Below are positions 1 through 9,578 of a stretch of 64,000 bases of DNA, one piece after another. The notes beneath the pieces are model-generated. The model saw nothing but the letters and a program-made list of their open reading frames with translations, was not told the origin of the DNA and searched no databases. The DNA comes from an uncultured Candidatus Nemicrothrix sp. (GTDB lineage: Bacteria; Actinomycetota; Acidimicrobiia; Acidimicrobiales; Acidimicrobilacustridaceae). Position 1 is the first letter of the stretch, and each line of letters opens with the position of its first letter. The stretch is taken from positions 217 to 64,216 of the forward strand of contig CAIPQK010000066.1 of NCBI GenBank assembly GCA_903867185.1, in the 5' to 3' direction. Position numbers and translations under genes: made by a program.

Positions 1-2
1 AA

Positions 3-1595
3 CTGGCCTCACACCAGGCCGAGATCGCTGACGTACATCTGCGCGATCTTTTTGCGTCCGATCTAAGTCGTGGTGATCGACTCAATGTCGAAGTCGGCGA
101 TCTCTACGTTGATTACGCCAAGCATCGTCTGAACGACGAGACACTGGCAAAGCTTTTTGCTCTTGCGCGTCGAGCCGATGTCGAAGGCTTGCGCGATGCG
201 ATGTGGGCGGGCGAACACATCAATGTCACCGAAGACCGGGCAGTGCTTCACATTGCACTTCGGGCGCCGAAGGGCGTGGTGTTCACTGATGAAGGCCAGA
301 ACGTTGTTCCCGATGTTCACGAAGTCCTTGAACGGATGGCGGCGTTCTCGGAACGGATTCGTTCAGGCGAATGGGTCGGGCATACCGGCAAACGCATTCG
401 CACAGTGGTCAATATTGGGATCGGCGGCAGCGATCTCGGTCCGCGAATGGCCCACGAAGCGCTCCTGCCTTACGCACAGGAAACTATTGACGTTCGGTTT
501 GTCTCAAACGTTGACGGCAATGAATTTTATGAGCTCACTCGTGATCTCGATCCCGCTGAAACGCTCTTCATTATTGCGTCGAAGACCTTCACAACTCTCG
601 AGACAATGACCAACGCGAATAGCGCACGCGATTGGGCGCTGGCAGCTCTTGGTGACGAAGCGGCAATTGCAAAGCACTTCGTGGCCGTATCCACGAACGC
701 TGCTGAGGTCTCGAAGTTCGGTATCGACACCGACAACATGTTCGGCTTCTGGGATTGGGTTGGTGGCCGTTATAGCTACGACTCGGCGATTGGGCTTTCT
801 CTGATGATCGCAATTGGTCCTGACAACTTCACCGAAATGCTCGAAGGGTTTCGACTGATCGACGAGCACTTCCGGACCGCACCGATGGAGCGAAATCTCC
901 CATTCATCCTCGGACTCATCGGCATTTGGTACAACAACTTCTTTGGCGCACAAACTCTCGCTGTGTTGCCTTACAGCCACTATCTCGCGCATCTCACGCC
1001 GTATCTCCAGCAACTCGCGATGGAAAGCAATGGCAAGTCCGTCGATCGTTGGGGTCGCACAGTAGGTACGCAAACGGGCGAGATCGTTTGGGGACAACCG
1101 GGCACGAATGGTCAGCACGCGTATTACCAACTCATTCACCAGGGAACGAAATTGATTCCTGCCGATTTCATCGGTGTGATTTCGGCTGCGCACGAGATTG
1201 GTAGCCATCAAGACATCTTTATGGCGAACTTTTTTGCGCAACCTGAAGCATTGGCGTTCGGTCGAACTGCTGAACAGGTTCGGGCCGATGGCGTGCCCGA
1301 AGCACAGGTTGCCGCCCGCACCTTCTTGGGGAATCATCCGACGACGTCAATCCTCGTGCCGGAACTTTCACCGAGAGTGCTGGGCCAGTTGATCGCTCTC
1401 TATGAGCACAAGACCTTTGTTCAGGGTGCGGTGTGGGGTATTGATTCGTTTGATCAGTGGGGAGTGGAACTGGGCAAGAAACTGGCCCAAGCGATTGTCC
1501 CCGAGCTGACGAACGAGACGGCGCCAGAACTGACCCACGATTCGTCGACGAGTTCGTTGATCCGTCGTTACCGCAAGGCTCGCGGCCGGGCCTGA
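3..1595 (+). CDS. pgi: glucose-6-phosphate isomerase, 5' end cut by window edge
   Basis: The frame is open from base 3; LRDLFASD...[12 protein letters not shown] precedes the first ATG at 189. PGI signatures are [33 protein letters not shown] and [15 protein letters not shown]. Stop TGA at 1593-1595. Confidence 0.95.
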   Translation: MASHQAEIADVHLRDLFASDLSRGDRLNVEVGDLYVDYAKHRLNDETLAKLFALARRADVEGLRDAMWAGEHINVTEDRAVLHIALRAPKGVVFTDEGQNVVPDVHEVLERMAAFSERIRSGEWVGHTGKRIRTVVNIGIGGSDLGPRMAHEALLPYAQETIDVRFVSNVDGNEFYELTRDLDPAETLFIIASKTFTTLETMTNANSARDWALAALGDEAAIAKHFVAVSTNAAEVSKFGIDTDNMFGFWDWVGGRYSYDSAIGLSLMIAIGPDNFTEMLEGFRLIDEHFRTAPMERNLPFILGLIGIWYNNFFGAQTLAVLPYSHYLAHLTPYLQQLAMESNGKSVDRWGRTVGTQTGEIVWGQPGTNGQHAYYQLIHQGTKLIPADFIGVISAAHEIGSHQDIFMANFFAQPEALAFGRTAEQVRADGVPEAQVAARTFLGNHPTTSILVPELSPRVLGQLIALYEHKTFVQGAVWGIDSFDQWGVELGKKLAQAIVPELTNETAPELTHDSSTSSLIRRYRKARGRA

Positions 1596-1660
1596 GTTGC
1601 GCCCGGCACGGCGCTGGTTGTCCGTGGCAGACTCCTCGTCCCCAGCGAGGAGGATGGCAG

Positions 1661-2443
1661 ATGAAGGTTCTTGGTATTGATATCGGCGGCACTGGCATCA
1701 AGGGTGCCGTTGTCGATACCAAGAAAGGTCATCTCGTCACTGATCGGCTTCGGCTGCTCACGCCTGATCCGGCAACGCCCGATGCAGTGGGCACGACGGT
1801 TGCGGAAATCGCGAAACATTTCGAGTGGAGCGGTCCGATTGGTTGCACCTTTCCTGGGGTCGTAAAGGGTGGTGTGGTTTACACCGCGGCGAATGTTGAT
1901 CATTCATGGATCAATGCGGATGCAGCTCGCATCATTGGCGACGCAACTGGATGTCCTGTGACGATCGTGAATGACGCAGATGCTGCGGGCGAAGCGGAAA
2001 CTCGCTTTGGTGCGGCACGCGGAAAATCTGGAGTCATCTTGACGATCACTTTGGGGACCGGCATCGGTTCAGCATTGATGATCGATGGAACGCTTGTTCC
2101 GAATACCGAACTTGGCCACTTGTGGTTGCGTGGTGGCGATGCCGAGAAGTGGGCGGCGGCTTCGGTTCGTGAACGTCTTGAACTTGATTGGCAGGAATGG
2201 ACAGCTCGCGTCGACGAGTACCTCTGCTCAGTCGAGAAATTGTTTTGGCCCGACCTGTTCATCATCGGCGGCGGAGTTTCAAAGAAGTCCGACAAATTCA
2301 TTCCGAATCTGACCTGTCAGACACCAGTCGTTCCAGCAACGCTCCGCAATGCGGCTGGGATCGTTGGAGGCGCACTTTCCGTAAGTCGACATCGTGAGAA
2401 ACATGGCACCGATGGCCAATCTCACATCGGGAAAAAGAAGTAG
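1661..2443 (+). CDS. ppgK: polyphosphate/ATP glucokinase, ROK family
   Basis: Internal ATG at 1661 of ORF 1457..2443, preceded by RBS gaggagga at 1647-1654. The N-terminus MKVLGIDIGGTGIKGAVVD and ITLGTGIGSAL are typical of ROK sugar kinases. Adjacent to pgi. Confidence 0.85.
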   Translation: MKVLGIDIGGTGIKGAVVDTKKGHLVTDRLRLLTPDPATPDAVGTTVAEIAKHFEWSGPIGCTFPGVVKGGVVYTAANVDHSWINADAARIIGDATGCPVTIVNDADAAGEAETRFGAARGKSGVILTITLGTGIGSALMIDGTLVPNTELGHLWLRGGDAEKWAAASVRERLELDWQEWTARVDEYLCSVEKLFWPDLFIIGGGVSKKSDKFIPNLTCQTPVVPATLRNAAGIVGGALSVSRHREKHGTDGQSHIGKKK

Positions 2444-2453
2444 AGCAACGTTC

Positions 2454-3131
2454 TCAGCGGGTGTGAAGTTCCGTTGGAAGATGAGCCGTATCGGAAAATC
2501 GAAACAGGCTGAACGACAACGACGACGCGATGTGCATTGGGCGAATCACGCTGATCGACGCGTGGAAGGCAACGAAACGTTCCCATTCCCATGGAACGGG
2601 TTCGATTCCAAGAAGGTGTCCGAGGCTTACAGCATTCGCACCGGAGTGAGCGACGAAAACAATTCGTGGTCCTTCATGGTTCATGTCCCACAGCGGCGGG
2701 AACTGACGCGCTCGGGTGCAGCCGATGTCTGAAAGAAATGCCGTGAGGCCGCCGACAACGCGGTCATGGAATTCGCGAAACGATTCCGCACCGGGAATAG
2801 CTTCCCACTGCTCATTAAGCGGTCGGCGTCGTTGTTGGGCGAACGCTTTCTCAATAACTTCCGACGGAGTTCCCTGCCATTCGGGCGCGCGAATTTCGGC
2901 GATCCAGTTATGAGTTTCGGGTTCGAGATTGAACGCCTCGATTAAGGGCTGAGCTGTTTGTTGCGCGCGAACAAGCGGCGAAACCACCAAACGGTCGATC
3001 GGGCGATCGGCAAAGAACGAAGGAATGAGTTCGGCCTGACGATGGCCAATGTCGGTAAGCACCGGATCGTCGACACCACCTCCGTCGATTTCCCATTGTG
3101 GTTGTCCGTGACGAATGAAGATCAGTTCCAT
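2454..3131 (-). CDS. histidine phosphatase family protein (phosphoglycerate-mutase-like)
   Basis: N-terminal IFIRHGQPQW (RHG catalytic motif), SPLVRAQQTA, and a late AHSGA motif carrying the second catalytic His. Confidence 0.85.
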   Translation of the reverse strand: MELIFIRHGQPQWEIDGGGVDDPVLTDIGHRQAELIPSFFADRPIDRLVVSPLVRAQQTAQPLIEAFNLEPETHNWIAEIRAPEWQGTPSEVIEKAFAQQRRRPLNEQWEAIPGAESFREFHDRVVGGLTAFLSDIGCTRARQFPPLWDMNHEGPRIVFVAHSGANAVSLGHLLGIEPVPWEWERFVAFHASISVIRPMHIASSLSFSLFRFSDTAHLPTELHTR

Positions 3132-3145
3132 AGTTGGTCCAAGGT

Positions 3146-3370
3146 TCAGCCGCGACCTGGTCGGCGGCGATGGCGATTACTCCAACACCCATGGTGCCAG
3201 TGGCGGCGAAGGTCTGGAGCATCGACTGGAACTGCGACGATGTGTCCCGTTCCTGACGGAATGTCGCGGTTGCATCCAGGACACACATAGGTCTTGTTCG
3301 CTTCGTAGGGTTGCACTCGGCGAACCTCAACTTCGAGCCCCATCGGGTCGTGCTCAGGTTCGTTGGTCAT
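3146..3370 (-). CDS. small conserved Cys/His-rich protein (zinc-ribbon-like), function unknown
   Basis: Internal ATG (MTNEPEHDP...) of ORF 3146..3436. Contains YVCPGCNRDIP...GHIV...RRHWHHGCW. Ends 15 nt upstream of the histidine phosphatase start on the same strand. Confidence 0.6.
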   Translation of the reverse strand: MTNEPEHDPMGLEVEVRRVQPYEANKTYVCPGCNRDIPSGTGHIVAVPVDAPDLRRHWHHGCWSNRHRRRPGRG

Positions 3371-3502
3371 CTCAACCGAAAAACGCCCAGATGACGAGAC
3401 CCAGGCAGATAACGATCGCCGCACTGACCATGACATAGTCGAACGGTGTGCGGCGTTGTTGGCGATGCGGATTGAATCCCACCGCCTAAGTATTCCCTGA
3501 GA

Positions 3503-3910
3503 ATGACGCGCCCCCGCACGCGGGTTGCGATGCTGCCACTGGTATCGTCGCCAACCATGCGTTCCCCCCGAGTTCTTGCTGCTGGATTACTGCTGGTCGC
3601 CGGCATCACGATGGTTGCCGCCTGCTCAAGTGGGGGTTCCACACCGGCCGCACCATCGGGTGATGCCGTGCTTGTCCAGGGACAGCAGGTGTATTCGCAG
3701 AACTGCGCCGGTTGCCATGGTGCTGGCGGTGGTGGCGGGTACGGGCCGAAACTGGCGGGAGTCGTGACGGTGAAGTATCCAAACATCGACGATCAGATCG
3801 CTTTGATTACCAATGGGAAGGGCGCAATGCCTTCGTTCTCAAAGAAGTTGACGGCTGACCAGATCACGGCGGTTACCCGATACACGCGCGAGGTTCTCGG
3901 AACCAAGTAG
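3503..3910 (+). CDS. monoheme class I c-type cytochrome, probable lipoprotein
   Basis: Single heme motif NCAGCHG, a distal Met candidate in GKGAMPSF, and a signal peptide ending in the lipobox-like MVAAC|SSGG. The start is uncertain; in-frame ATGs lie at 3503, 3530 and 3557. Confidence 0.8.
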   Translation: MTRPRTRVAMLPLVSSPTMRSPRVLAAGLLLVAGITMVAACSSGGSTPAAPSGDAVLVQGQQVYSQNCAGCHGAGGGGGYGPKLAGVVTVKYPNIDDQIALITNGKGAMPSFSKKLTADQITAVTRYTREVLGTK

Positions 3911-4023
3911 CCATTCGCTCACAACAGTGCGAACGGCCCGTGTATGCCATCGAAGCAGTTCGTAGTGTCTGCGCCTCGGCGGCAGTCATCGCCCTTCGAT
4001 CGAGTCGTTATCGCGGAGGTTCG

Positions 4024-5538
4024 ATGCTTGCCACCATCGGGTCGGCAACGTTGTCAGGTATCGATGGTGTACCTGTCACCGTTGAAGTACACGTTGCGAA
4101 CGGGTTGCCCGGATTCACGGTCGTCGGATTGCCCGATGCGTCATGTCGCGAAGCCCGCGATCGTGTGCGCGCTGCACTTCTCACATCGGGCTACTCGTGG
4201 CCCGACCGACGAACAACGGTAAATCTTGCGCCGACTTCAGTGCGCAAAGTCGGGGCATCGCTAGATCTCGCGATTGCGATCGGCGTTCTTGTAGCAAGCG
4301 AACAACTTCCCGTCGATGTGGTTACTGGCCGAGCCTTTCTTGCTGAAGTAGGTCTCGATGGCTCACTGCGCCATGTTCCTGGGGCTCTTTCACTTGCGGC
4401 CGCTTGTCCGCAGCCCGAAATCATCGTTGCGCCGGCTTCCTATTGCGAAGCATCGCTTGTTGCTCGACCCACAATCCGATGTACCGCAGATTTACGGACG
4501 TTGGTTGACGCGTTGCTCGCGGAAGCGCCATGGCCGCGGCCTCCCGAAGAACCCATTGCCACGTCAAACATTGGCGATGCCGATCTCGCTGATGTTCGTG
4601 GCCATCGACTGGCTCGCTTCGGCCTTGAAGTCGCTGCTGCCGGCGGTCACCACATCCTGATGGTTGGCCCGCCTGGTTCTGGCAAGACGATGTTGGCCGA
4701 ACGTCTTCCTGGTCTCTTGCCCGATCTCGACGATCACACCGCGTTCGATACCACGCGTGTGCATTCAGCCGCGGGCGAATCAATCGTTGGTGGTTTGGTT
4801 CGGCGTCCACCATTGCGAGCTCCGCATCACGGTATGAGCGCAGTGGCCATGGTTGGCGGTGGAACGCATCGATTGCGCCCGGGCGAAATTTCGATGGCGC
4901 ATGGCGGTGTGCTTTTCCTCGATGAAATGGGAGAGTTCGGTGCAGTAGTTCTCGACTCGTTGAGACAGCCGCTGGAAGAAGGTGTCATCCGTCTGGCAAG
5001 AGCCGAGACGCGTGTGGAATTGCCAGCACGCTTTCTGCTCGTCGGGGCGATGAACCCGTGCCCGTGCGGCGAGGGTGTGGTTCCGGCGGCGTGTCGGTGT
5101 TCCGATCGAGCACTTGAGCGGTATCGCAGGCGCCTCTCAGGACCGTTGCTCGATCGCTTCGACCTTCGTATCGATGTGCATCGGCCAGATCCTCGGCAGC
5201 TACTTGGCGCAAGTGTGGCGGAATCAAGTGCTGTCGTTGCTGGCCGTGTCCGCAACGCTCGGTGCCGAGCTGTCGAGCGTGGCGTTCGATGTAACGCCGA
5301 ACTTTCATCTTCCGCTCTTGAGCGCACGTCGCCACTTGAAACCGATGCGTCTGCGCTTATTGAACGGTCACTTGAATCTGGCCGACTTTCGGCCCGTGGA
5401 ATGCGGCGAGTATGGCGGGTCGCCCGCACGATCGCCGACCTCGAAGGCCACGATGGCGCTCTCACCGCAGAACATGTGGCCAGCGCGCTTCATCTACGAA
5501 CTGATCCGGCATTTCTTGTTCGTTCGTTGGTGAACTAA
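4024..5538 (+). CDS. comM: Mg-chelatase-like AAA+ protein ComM/YifB
   Basis: ATG 4024 follows RBS ggagg. N-terminus MLATIGSATLSGIDGVPVTVEVHV, Walker A GPPGSGKTMLA, Walker B LFLDEMGEF, and Cys cluster NPCPCG. Confidence 0.9.
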   Translation: MLATIGSATLSGIDGVPVTVEVHVANGLPGFTVVGLPDASCREARDRVRAALLTSGYSWPDRRTTVNLAPTSVRKVGASLDLAIAIGVLVASEQLPVDVVTGRAFLAEVGLDGSLRHVPGALSLAAACPQPEIIVAPASYCEASLVARPTIRCTADLRTLVDALLAEAPWPRPPEEPIATSNIGDADLADVRGHRLARFGLEVAAAGGHHILMVGPPGSGKTMLAERLPGLLPDLDDHTAFDTTRVHSAAGESIVGGLVRRPPLRAPHHGMSAVAMVGGGTHRLRPGEISMAHGGVLFLDEMGEFGAVVLDSLRQPLEEGVIRLARAETRVELPARFLLVGAMNPCPCGEGVVPAACRCSDRALERYRRRLSGPLLDRFDLRIDVHRPDPRQLLGASVAESSAVVAGRVRNARCRAVERGVRCNAELSSSALERTSPLETDASALIERSLESGRLSARGMRRVWRVARTIADLEGHDGALTAEHVASALHLRTDPAFLVRSLVN

Positions 5539-6687
5539 GTGGTCAAGGCGCGACTTCCCGACGAAGCGTGGGTCGTTGCACTCTCACGCGTTCCCGGAAT
5601 AGGGCCGGCTCGGTTGCGAGCACTTCTTGCGAGTGACGAACCTGCATCACTTTGGCGTTCTGTGTGTAACGGCTTACTTCCTAAGGAACTGGCTTCCGGA
5701 TCGGCCTCAAATGATGCTGGGCTTCGACTTCCTCAAGCGCTTCGTGATCAATGGCGTACCGCATCAAGAACAATCGATCCCGAGGCGTATTGGAAAGCGC
5801 ACGTCGAAGCCGGTATTGGCGTGATGCTCCGATGGTCTCCCTCATTTCCAGAAGAACTCGCCGAAGACGATGACGCGCCAGCCATCTTGTTCTGGCTCGG
5901 CGACATCGATCGTTTGGCCGGGACACGTGTCGCAATCGTCGGCACACGTCGGGCCAGTCGCTATGGCATCGATGTGGCCAACGAGTTCGCTCAAGAACTT
6001 TCACTTGCCGGTATTTCGGTGGTGTCGGGATTGGCATTGGGTATTGATGGAGCCGCGCATGCGGGTGCACTTGCCGTCGAAGGCGCCCCGCCGATTGCTG
6101 TGGTCGGAAGTGGACTTGATCGTGTCTACCCCCGTGCGCACCGCTCCTTATGGAGAGCAGTGGCCGAACGCGGCGTTGTGTTGAGTGAATACCCGTTGGG
6201 CTCATCGGCAGTGGCGTGGCAGTTCCCGGCGCGTAACCGCATCATCGCTGCGCTTGCCGATGTTGTTGTGGTGGTCGAGTCGCAATCGACCGGGGGAGCA
6301 TTGGGCACTGCAGTTGAAGCAGCCCGACGGGGCCGAACAGTGCTCGCCGTTCCTGGGCCAATCACGGCACCAAGCTCAGCGGGAACGAATCAACTGTTGT
6401 TCGACGGCTGTGGTCCCGTTCGCGACGTTGGCGATGTCCTGCTGGCACTGGGTCGCGAACCAGAACGTCGACGAATCGCAGCTGAGCAGCGTCCGACGCC
6501 AATCGGAACAGCGAAGGATGTGCTGGACGCCTTGCCTTGGCAGGCGATTCCCGTGGAACAGGTCCTCTCAACGACAGGTCTCGAATTGGGTTTGGTCATG
6601 CTCGTGCTCGAGCAACTCGAGAACGATGGGTGGGTCTCACAACGCTCTGGATGGATCGAACGGATTGGCCGCGGGGGAGCGAGATGA
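5539..6687 (+). CDS. dprA: DNA-processing protein DprA (Smf)
   Basis: The GTG start directly abuts the comM stop. Rossmann-like core VVSGLALGIDGAAH, FPARNRIIAAL, and a C-terminal winged-helix-like tail. Confidence 0.9.
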   Translation: MVKARLPDEAWVVALSRVPGIGPARLRALLASDEPASLWRSVCNGLLPKELASGSASNDAGLRLPQALRDQWRTASRTIDPEAYWKAHVEAGIGVMLRWSPSFPEELAEDDDAPAILFWLGDIDRLAGTRVAIVGTRRASRYGIDVANEFAQELSLAGISVVSGLALGIDGAAHAGALAVEGAPPIAVVGSGLDRVYPRAHRSLWRAVAERGVVLSEYPLGSSAVAWQFPARNRIIAALADVVVVVESQSTGGALGTAVEAARRGRTVLAVPGPITAPSSAGTNQLLFDGCGPVRDVGDVLLALGREPERRRIAAEQRPTPIGTAKDVLDALPWQAIPVEQVLSTTGLELGLVMLVLEQLENDGWVSQRSGWIERIGRGGAR

Positions 6688-7649
6688 CGGCGTTTGCCAT
6701 CATCGCCAAGCATCCGAGGGAACGTTCAACCCTCGCCGTTACAGTTTTGTTTGTGGCTGGCGAAGCAGATCCGTGGTTTCTTGATGAGTTCCAGGCGTCG
6801 CTGACGTCGGTCTCTACTGCCACCCTGCGCGCCTATCGAAGTGACATCGATCAGTTTGTTGAATGGGTCGGGCGCCAAGACATCGAAATGCCGGCCGATG
6901 TCAGCCGCACAATTTTGCGTCGCTATATCGGCGCCATGACAACGAGAAAACTGGCGCGGCGTTCGATCGCCCGAAAAGCCTCGGCGTTACGCCGCTACTT
7001 CGCATGGCTTGTTCGTAGCGGTCATCTCAACGCCGACCCCTCGGCTGGTCTCAGTGCTCCCGGTTCAACTGGTCGGCTTCCGCGCGTTCTTCGAGACGAT
7101 GAACTCACGCAGGTGCTCGACAATCCGCCAGGGACAACTGCGAATGATCCTCCAGCGATTCGCTCTCGCGACGACGCGGTGCTTGAACTTCTTTACGGAA
7201 GTGGATTGCGCGTGTCAGAAGTGTGCAGTCTTCGCCCCGAGGACCTCGACCTTGCTCGTCGACGTGTTGTGGTGTGGGGTAAAGGTTCCAAACAGCGTGT
7301 CGTTCCACTGAGTGCTCCCGCAGTCGAAGCGCTTGAACAATGGCTTGGCCATGGTCGGCGCGTGCTGGCCACGGCATCGTCTCCATCTGATGCGGTGTTT
7401 CTCAATCGCAAAGGCACTCGCCTCGGCACCCGAGACGTCCGTCGTTTGCTCGACCGTCGCGCACCTTCCCCGACACATCCACATGCATTGCGCCACACCT
7501 TCGCTACGCATTTGCTCGACGGTGGAGCCGATCTCCGTGCGGTGCAGGAATTGCTCGGACACTCCGATCTCGCCACAACGCAGCACTACACACATGTGAG
7601 TAAAGAACGTTTGCGCGCGGTAGTCGATTCAACCCACCCACGCGCTTGA
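6684..7649 (+). CDS. xerC: tyrosine recombinase XerC
   Basis: ATG 6684 overlaps the dprA stop (ATGA). Contains LLYGSGLRVSE and ALRHTFATHLLDGGADLRAVQELLGHSDLATTQHYTHV (R-H-R-Y catalytic set). The start could lie further downstream. Confidence 0.9.
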   Translation: MTAFAIIAKHPRERSTLAVTVLFVAGEADPWFLDEFQASLTSVSTATLRAYRSDIDQFVEWVGRQDIEMPADVSRTILRRYIGAMTTRKLARRSIARKASALRRYFAWLVRSGHLNADPSAGLSAPGSTGRLPRVLRDDELTQVLDNPPGTTANDPPAIRSRDDAVLELLYGSGLRVSEVCSLRPEDLDLARRRVVVWGKGSKQRVVPLSAPAVEALEQWLGHGRRVLATASSPSDAVFLNRKGTRLGTRDVRRLLDRRAPSPTHPHALRHTFATHLLDGGADLRAVQELLGHSDLATTQHYTHVSKERLRAVVDSTHPRA

Positions 7650-7705
7650 CCTAGCGAGACCGCATCCTCCTTCCCCGGTGAGAACTCATAACCGGAAGGA
7701 TCAGT

Positions 7706-9388
7706 GTGCGATCAATGCCGTTCACTTTGCGGGCGCGTGTTGTCAGGCTCGCTCTTGTTGTTGCTTTCAGCTCTTCGATGTTTGTTTTCGTGGTGCCAAC
7801 AGGGGCAAGTGCTGCGACGTCGTCGGGCGACTACCGCCCGCCGAGCGATGCTCCGATAATCGATCACTTCCGACCACCGCCGAAGCCGTGGATGGCTGGC
7901 AACCGTGGCATCGATTACGGCACCGAACCTGGCGCCCAGGTCTGGGCGGCTGGCGATGGGCGTGTGATTTTTGCTGGGCAGGTCGGTGGTCAGTTGCATG
8001 TCACCGTTGAGCACTCCGATGGCTTGCGCACGAGTTATTCATTCTTGGCGTCGATTTCGGTCGATGTCGGTAATCGGATTCATGGTGGCGAGGTCGTCGG
8101 AATCGCCGGCGGTCCATTTCATTTCGGTGTTCGCGCGTCCGATAATTCCTATCTCGATCCCGAAGCGCTTCTTGCGGGTTCTCTTCGGCCGTCGGTGCGA
8201 CTCGTCCCGGGTACCGATCAAGGTCTCGAGCGTCTTGATGCGCAAGAGCGTCGCTCGTTACTCGAGACACTTCTCGACGACGGAGTTGCGGCACTGTCCG
8301 TAGCAGCGAGTTTTTCTTCACGGACATCTGCGTTACTCACTCATTATGTCGTCGAGTTGAATCCGGAAACGCACGCAGCGCGACTCGCGCTTGCGCTTGG
8401 AAAATGGTTCAAGGACCGCCAGACTTGCACGGAGGCTTCAACTCCAGTTCCTTCTCACGCGTCGCGACGCATCGTCGTCTTGGTGAGCGGACTAGGTACT
8501 GCAAGCGACTCGAATACTGCATGGGAGATCGACACCAAATCACTTGGCTACGCCGACGCCGATGTCGTTCGTTACTCCTACAAAGGTGGTCAAGCGCCAC
8601 GAATTATCAGTGATCAAGGATCGCCGATGCGTTCGGTTGCGTCACAACCACTCGACGCGATTACCACTCGTCCGTTCGATGCCGCCGATAGCCAACAGTC
8701 GGTTGGAACCTCTGCAGATCGCTTGGCAGATCTTTTGCAGTCGGTTGCGATCGCACAACCAGGTGTTCCGATTGATGTTGTTGGTCATTCCCAAGGTGGA
8801 GTTGTGGCGCGTCTCGCGGTAGAGCGTTCTGGCGCAGAGAATGAACTTCCATTAGAGGTCGAAACAATGGTGACGGTGTCGTCTCCGCAACAAGGGGCGC
8901 CGTTGGCCACCGGCGTGGTCGCTCTGGGCGACACTCCGGGAGGCGCCGCGGCCTTGTCGCAGGTACGCGCCGCTGGCATGGCCGATGATCTGGACAATCG
9001 GCGACCCGCTCTGGCGGATTTGGCCGAAACCTCAGCGACGATGGACGAACTCCACACCCGACAGATCCCGAGCGGAGTTCGGTTCGTCACGATCGGTGGC
9101 TCCGGAGATCTGGTGGTTCCAGGGTCTACGGCAGGAGATTCAGCTGCCGATGCCTCGATCATTTTGCCGACGCCGCTGGGGAAAGAGGCCCATGGCTCGC
9201 TTCCCTCGACTCCAGCAGCAACAAGGGAAATCGGCCTTGCCGTGGCAAGAATGGGTCCTACGTGTCAAAGCTTCGGCGCGGCCCTCTCAGCCTTTCTGAC
9301 GGCCGAAACTGTCCGATATGGCGAGACCGTCGCGAGCGCCAATGTGGCGATCGGGGCTGGCGTGCTGTCCATTCCGCCGGCCGACTAA
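7706..9388 (+). CDS. secreted two-domain protein: LytM/M23-like domain (apparently degenerate) plus alpha/beta-hydrolase (lipase/esterase-like)
   Basis: RBS ggaagga lies 6 nt before GTG 7706. Signal peptide ...FVVPTGASA. M23-like block GNRGIDYG...DGRVIFAG...HVTVEHSDGLRTSYSFL...GGPFHFGVRA. C-terminal half has VVLVSGLGT and the nucleophile elbow VVGHSQGGVVARL (Ser codon 8789-8791). Confidence 0.8.
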   Translation: MRSMPFTLRARVVRLALVVAFSSSMFVFVVPTGASAATSSGDYRPPSDAPIIDHFRPPPKPWMAGNRGIDYGTEPGAQVWAAGDGRVIFAGQVGGQLHVTVEHSDGLRTSYSFLASISVDVGNRIHGGEVVGIAGGPFHFGVRASDNSYLDPEALLAGSLRPSVRLVPGTDQGLERLDAQERRSLLETLLDDGVAALSVAASFSSRTSALLTHYVVELNPETHAARLALALGKWFKDRQTCTEASTPVPSHASRRIVVLVSGLGTASDSNTAWEIDTKSLGYADADVVRYSYKGGQAPRIISDQGSPMRSVASQPLDAITTRPFDAADSQQSVGTSADRLADLLQSVAIAQPGVPIDVVGHSQGGVVARLAVERSGAENELPLEVETMVTVSSPQQGAPLATGVVALGDTPGGAAALSQVRAAGMADDLDNRRPALADLAETSATMDELHTRQIPSGVRFVTIGGSGDLVVPGSTAGDSAADASIILPTPLGKEAHGSLPSTPAATREIGLAVARMGPTCQSFGAALSAFLTAETVRYGETVASANVAIGAGVLSIPPAD

Positions 9389-9578
9389 TCGGTGGGCTGG
9401 CCCCTTTCCCTAGTGCTCCCATACACTCACAATCCGGCCCAACGACCGTTGGGCATGTCGATCACCCGATTGGCATACCTCTAGACACCCCGCAGCCGTG
9501 CACCCCACGGTCGTCTCCATCCCGGAAGACGCCAGCACGGGCCTGCGATCCTCCGAACCGATGGGAAGGAACACCCTC

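Noticed and set aside
3950-3963. TCGAAgcagTTCGt palindrome upstream of comM that looked like an SOS box.
   Set aside because: The half-site spacing is two nucleotides shorter than GAAC-N4-GTTC, so it does not fit the box seen at recA and lexA.
6684-7649. Tyrosine recombinase as a possible marker of an integrated mobile element.
   Set aside because: It sits in the conserved dprA-xerC-M23-rpsB housekeeping context and is translationally coupled to dprA. No flanking direct repeats, tRNA target or phage/ICE genes are visible, so it is called chromosomal XerC.
7650-7705. Expectation of a cyclic-di-AMP (ydaO-type) riboswitch upstream of the M23 gene and of the LysM gene (63422-63501).
   Set aside because: The available leaders (about 56 nt and about 80 nt) are too short, and I could not see the conserved pseudo-symmetric structure.
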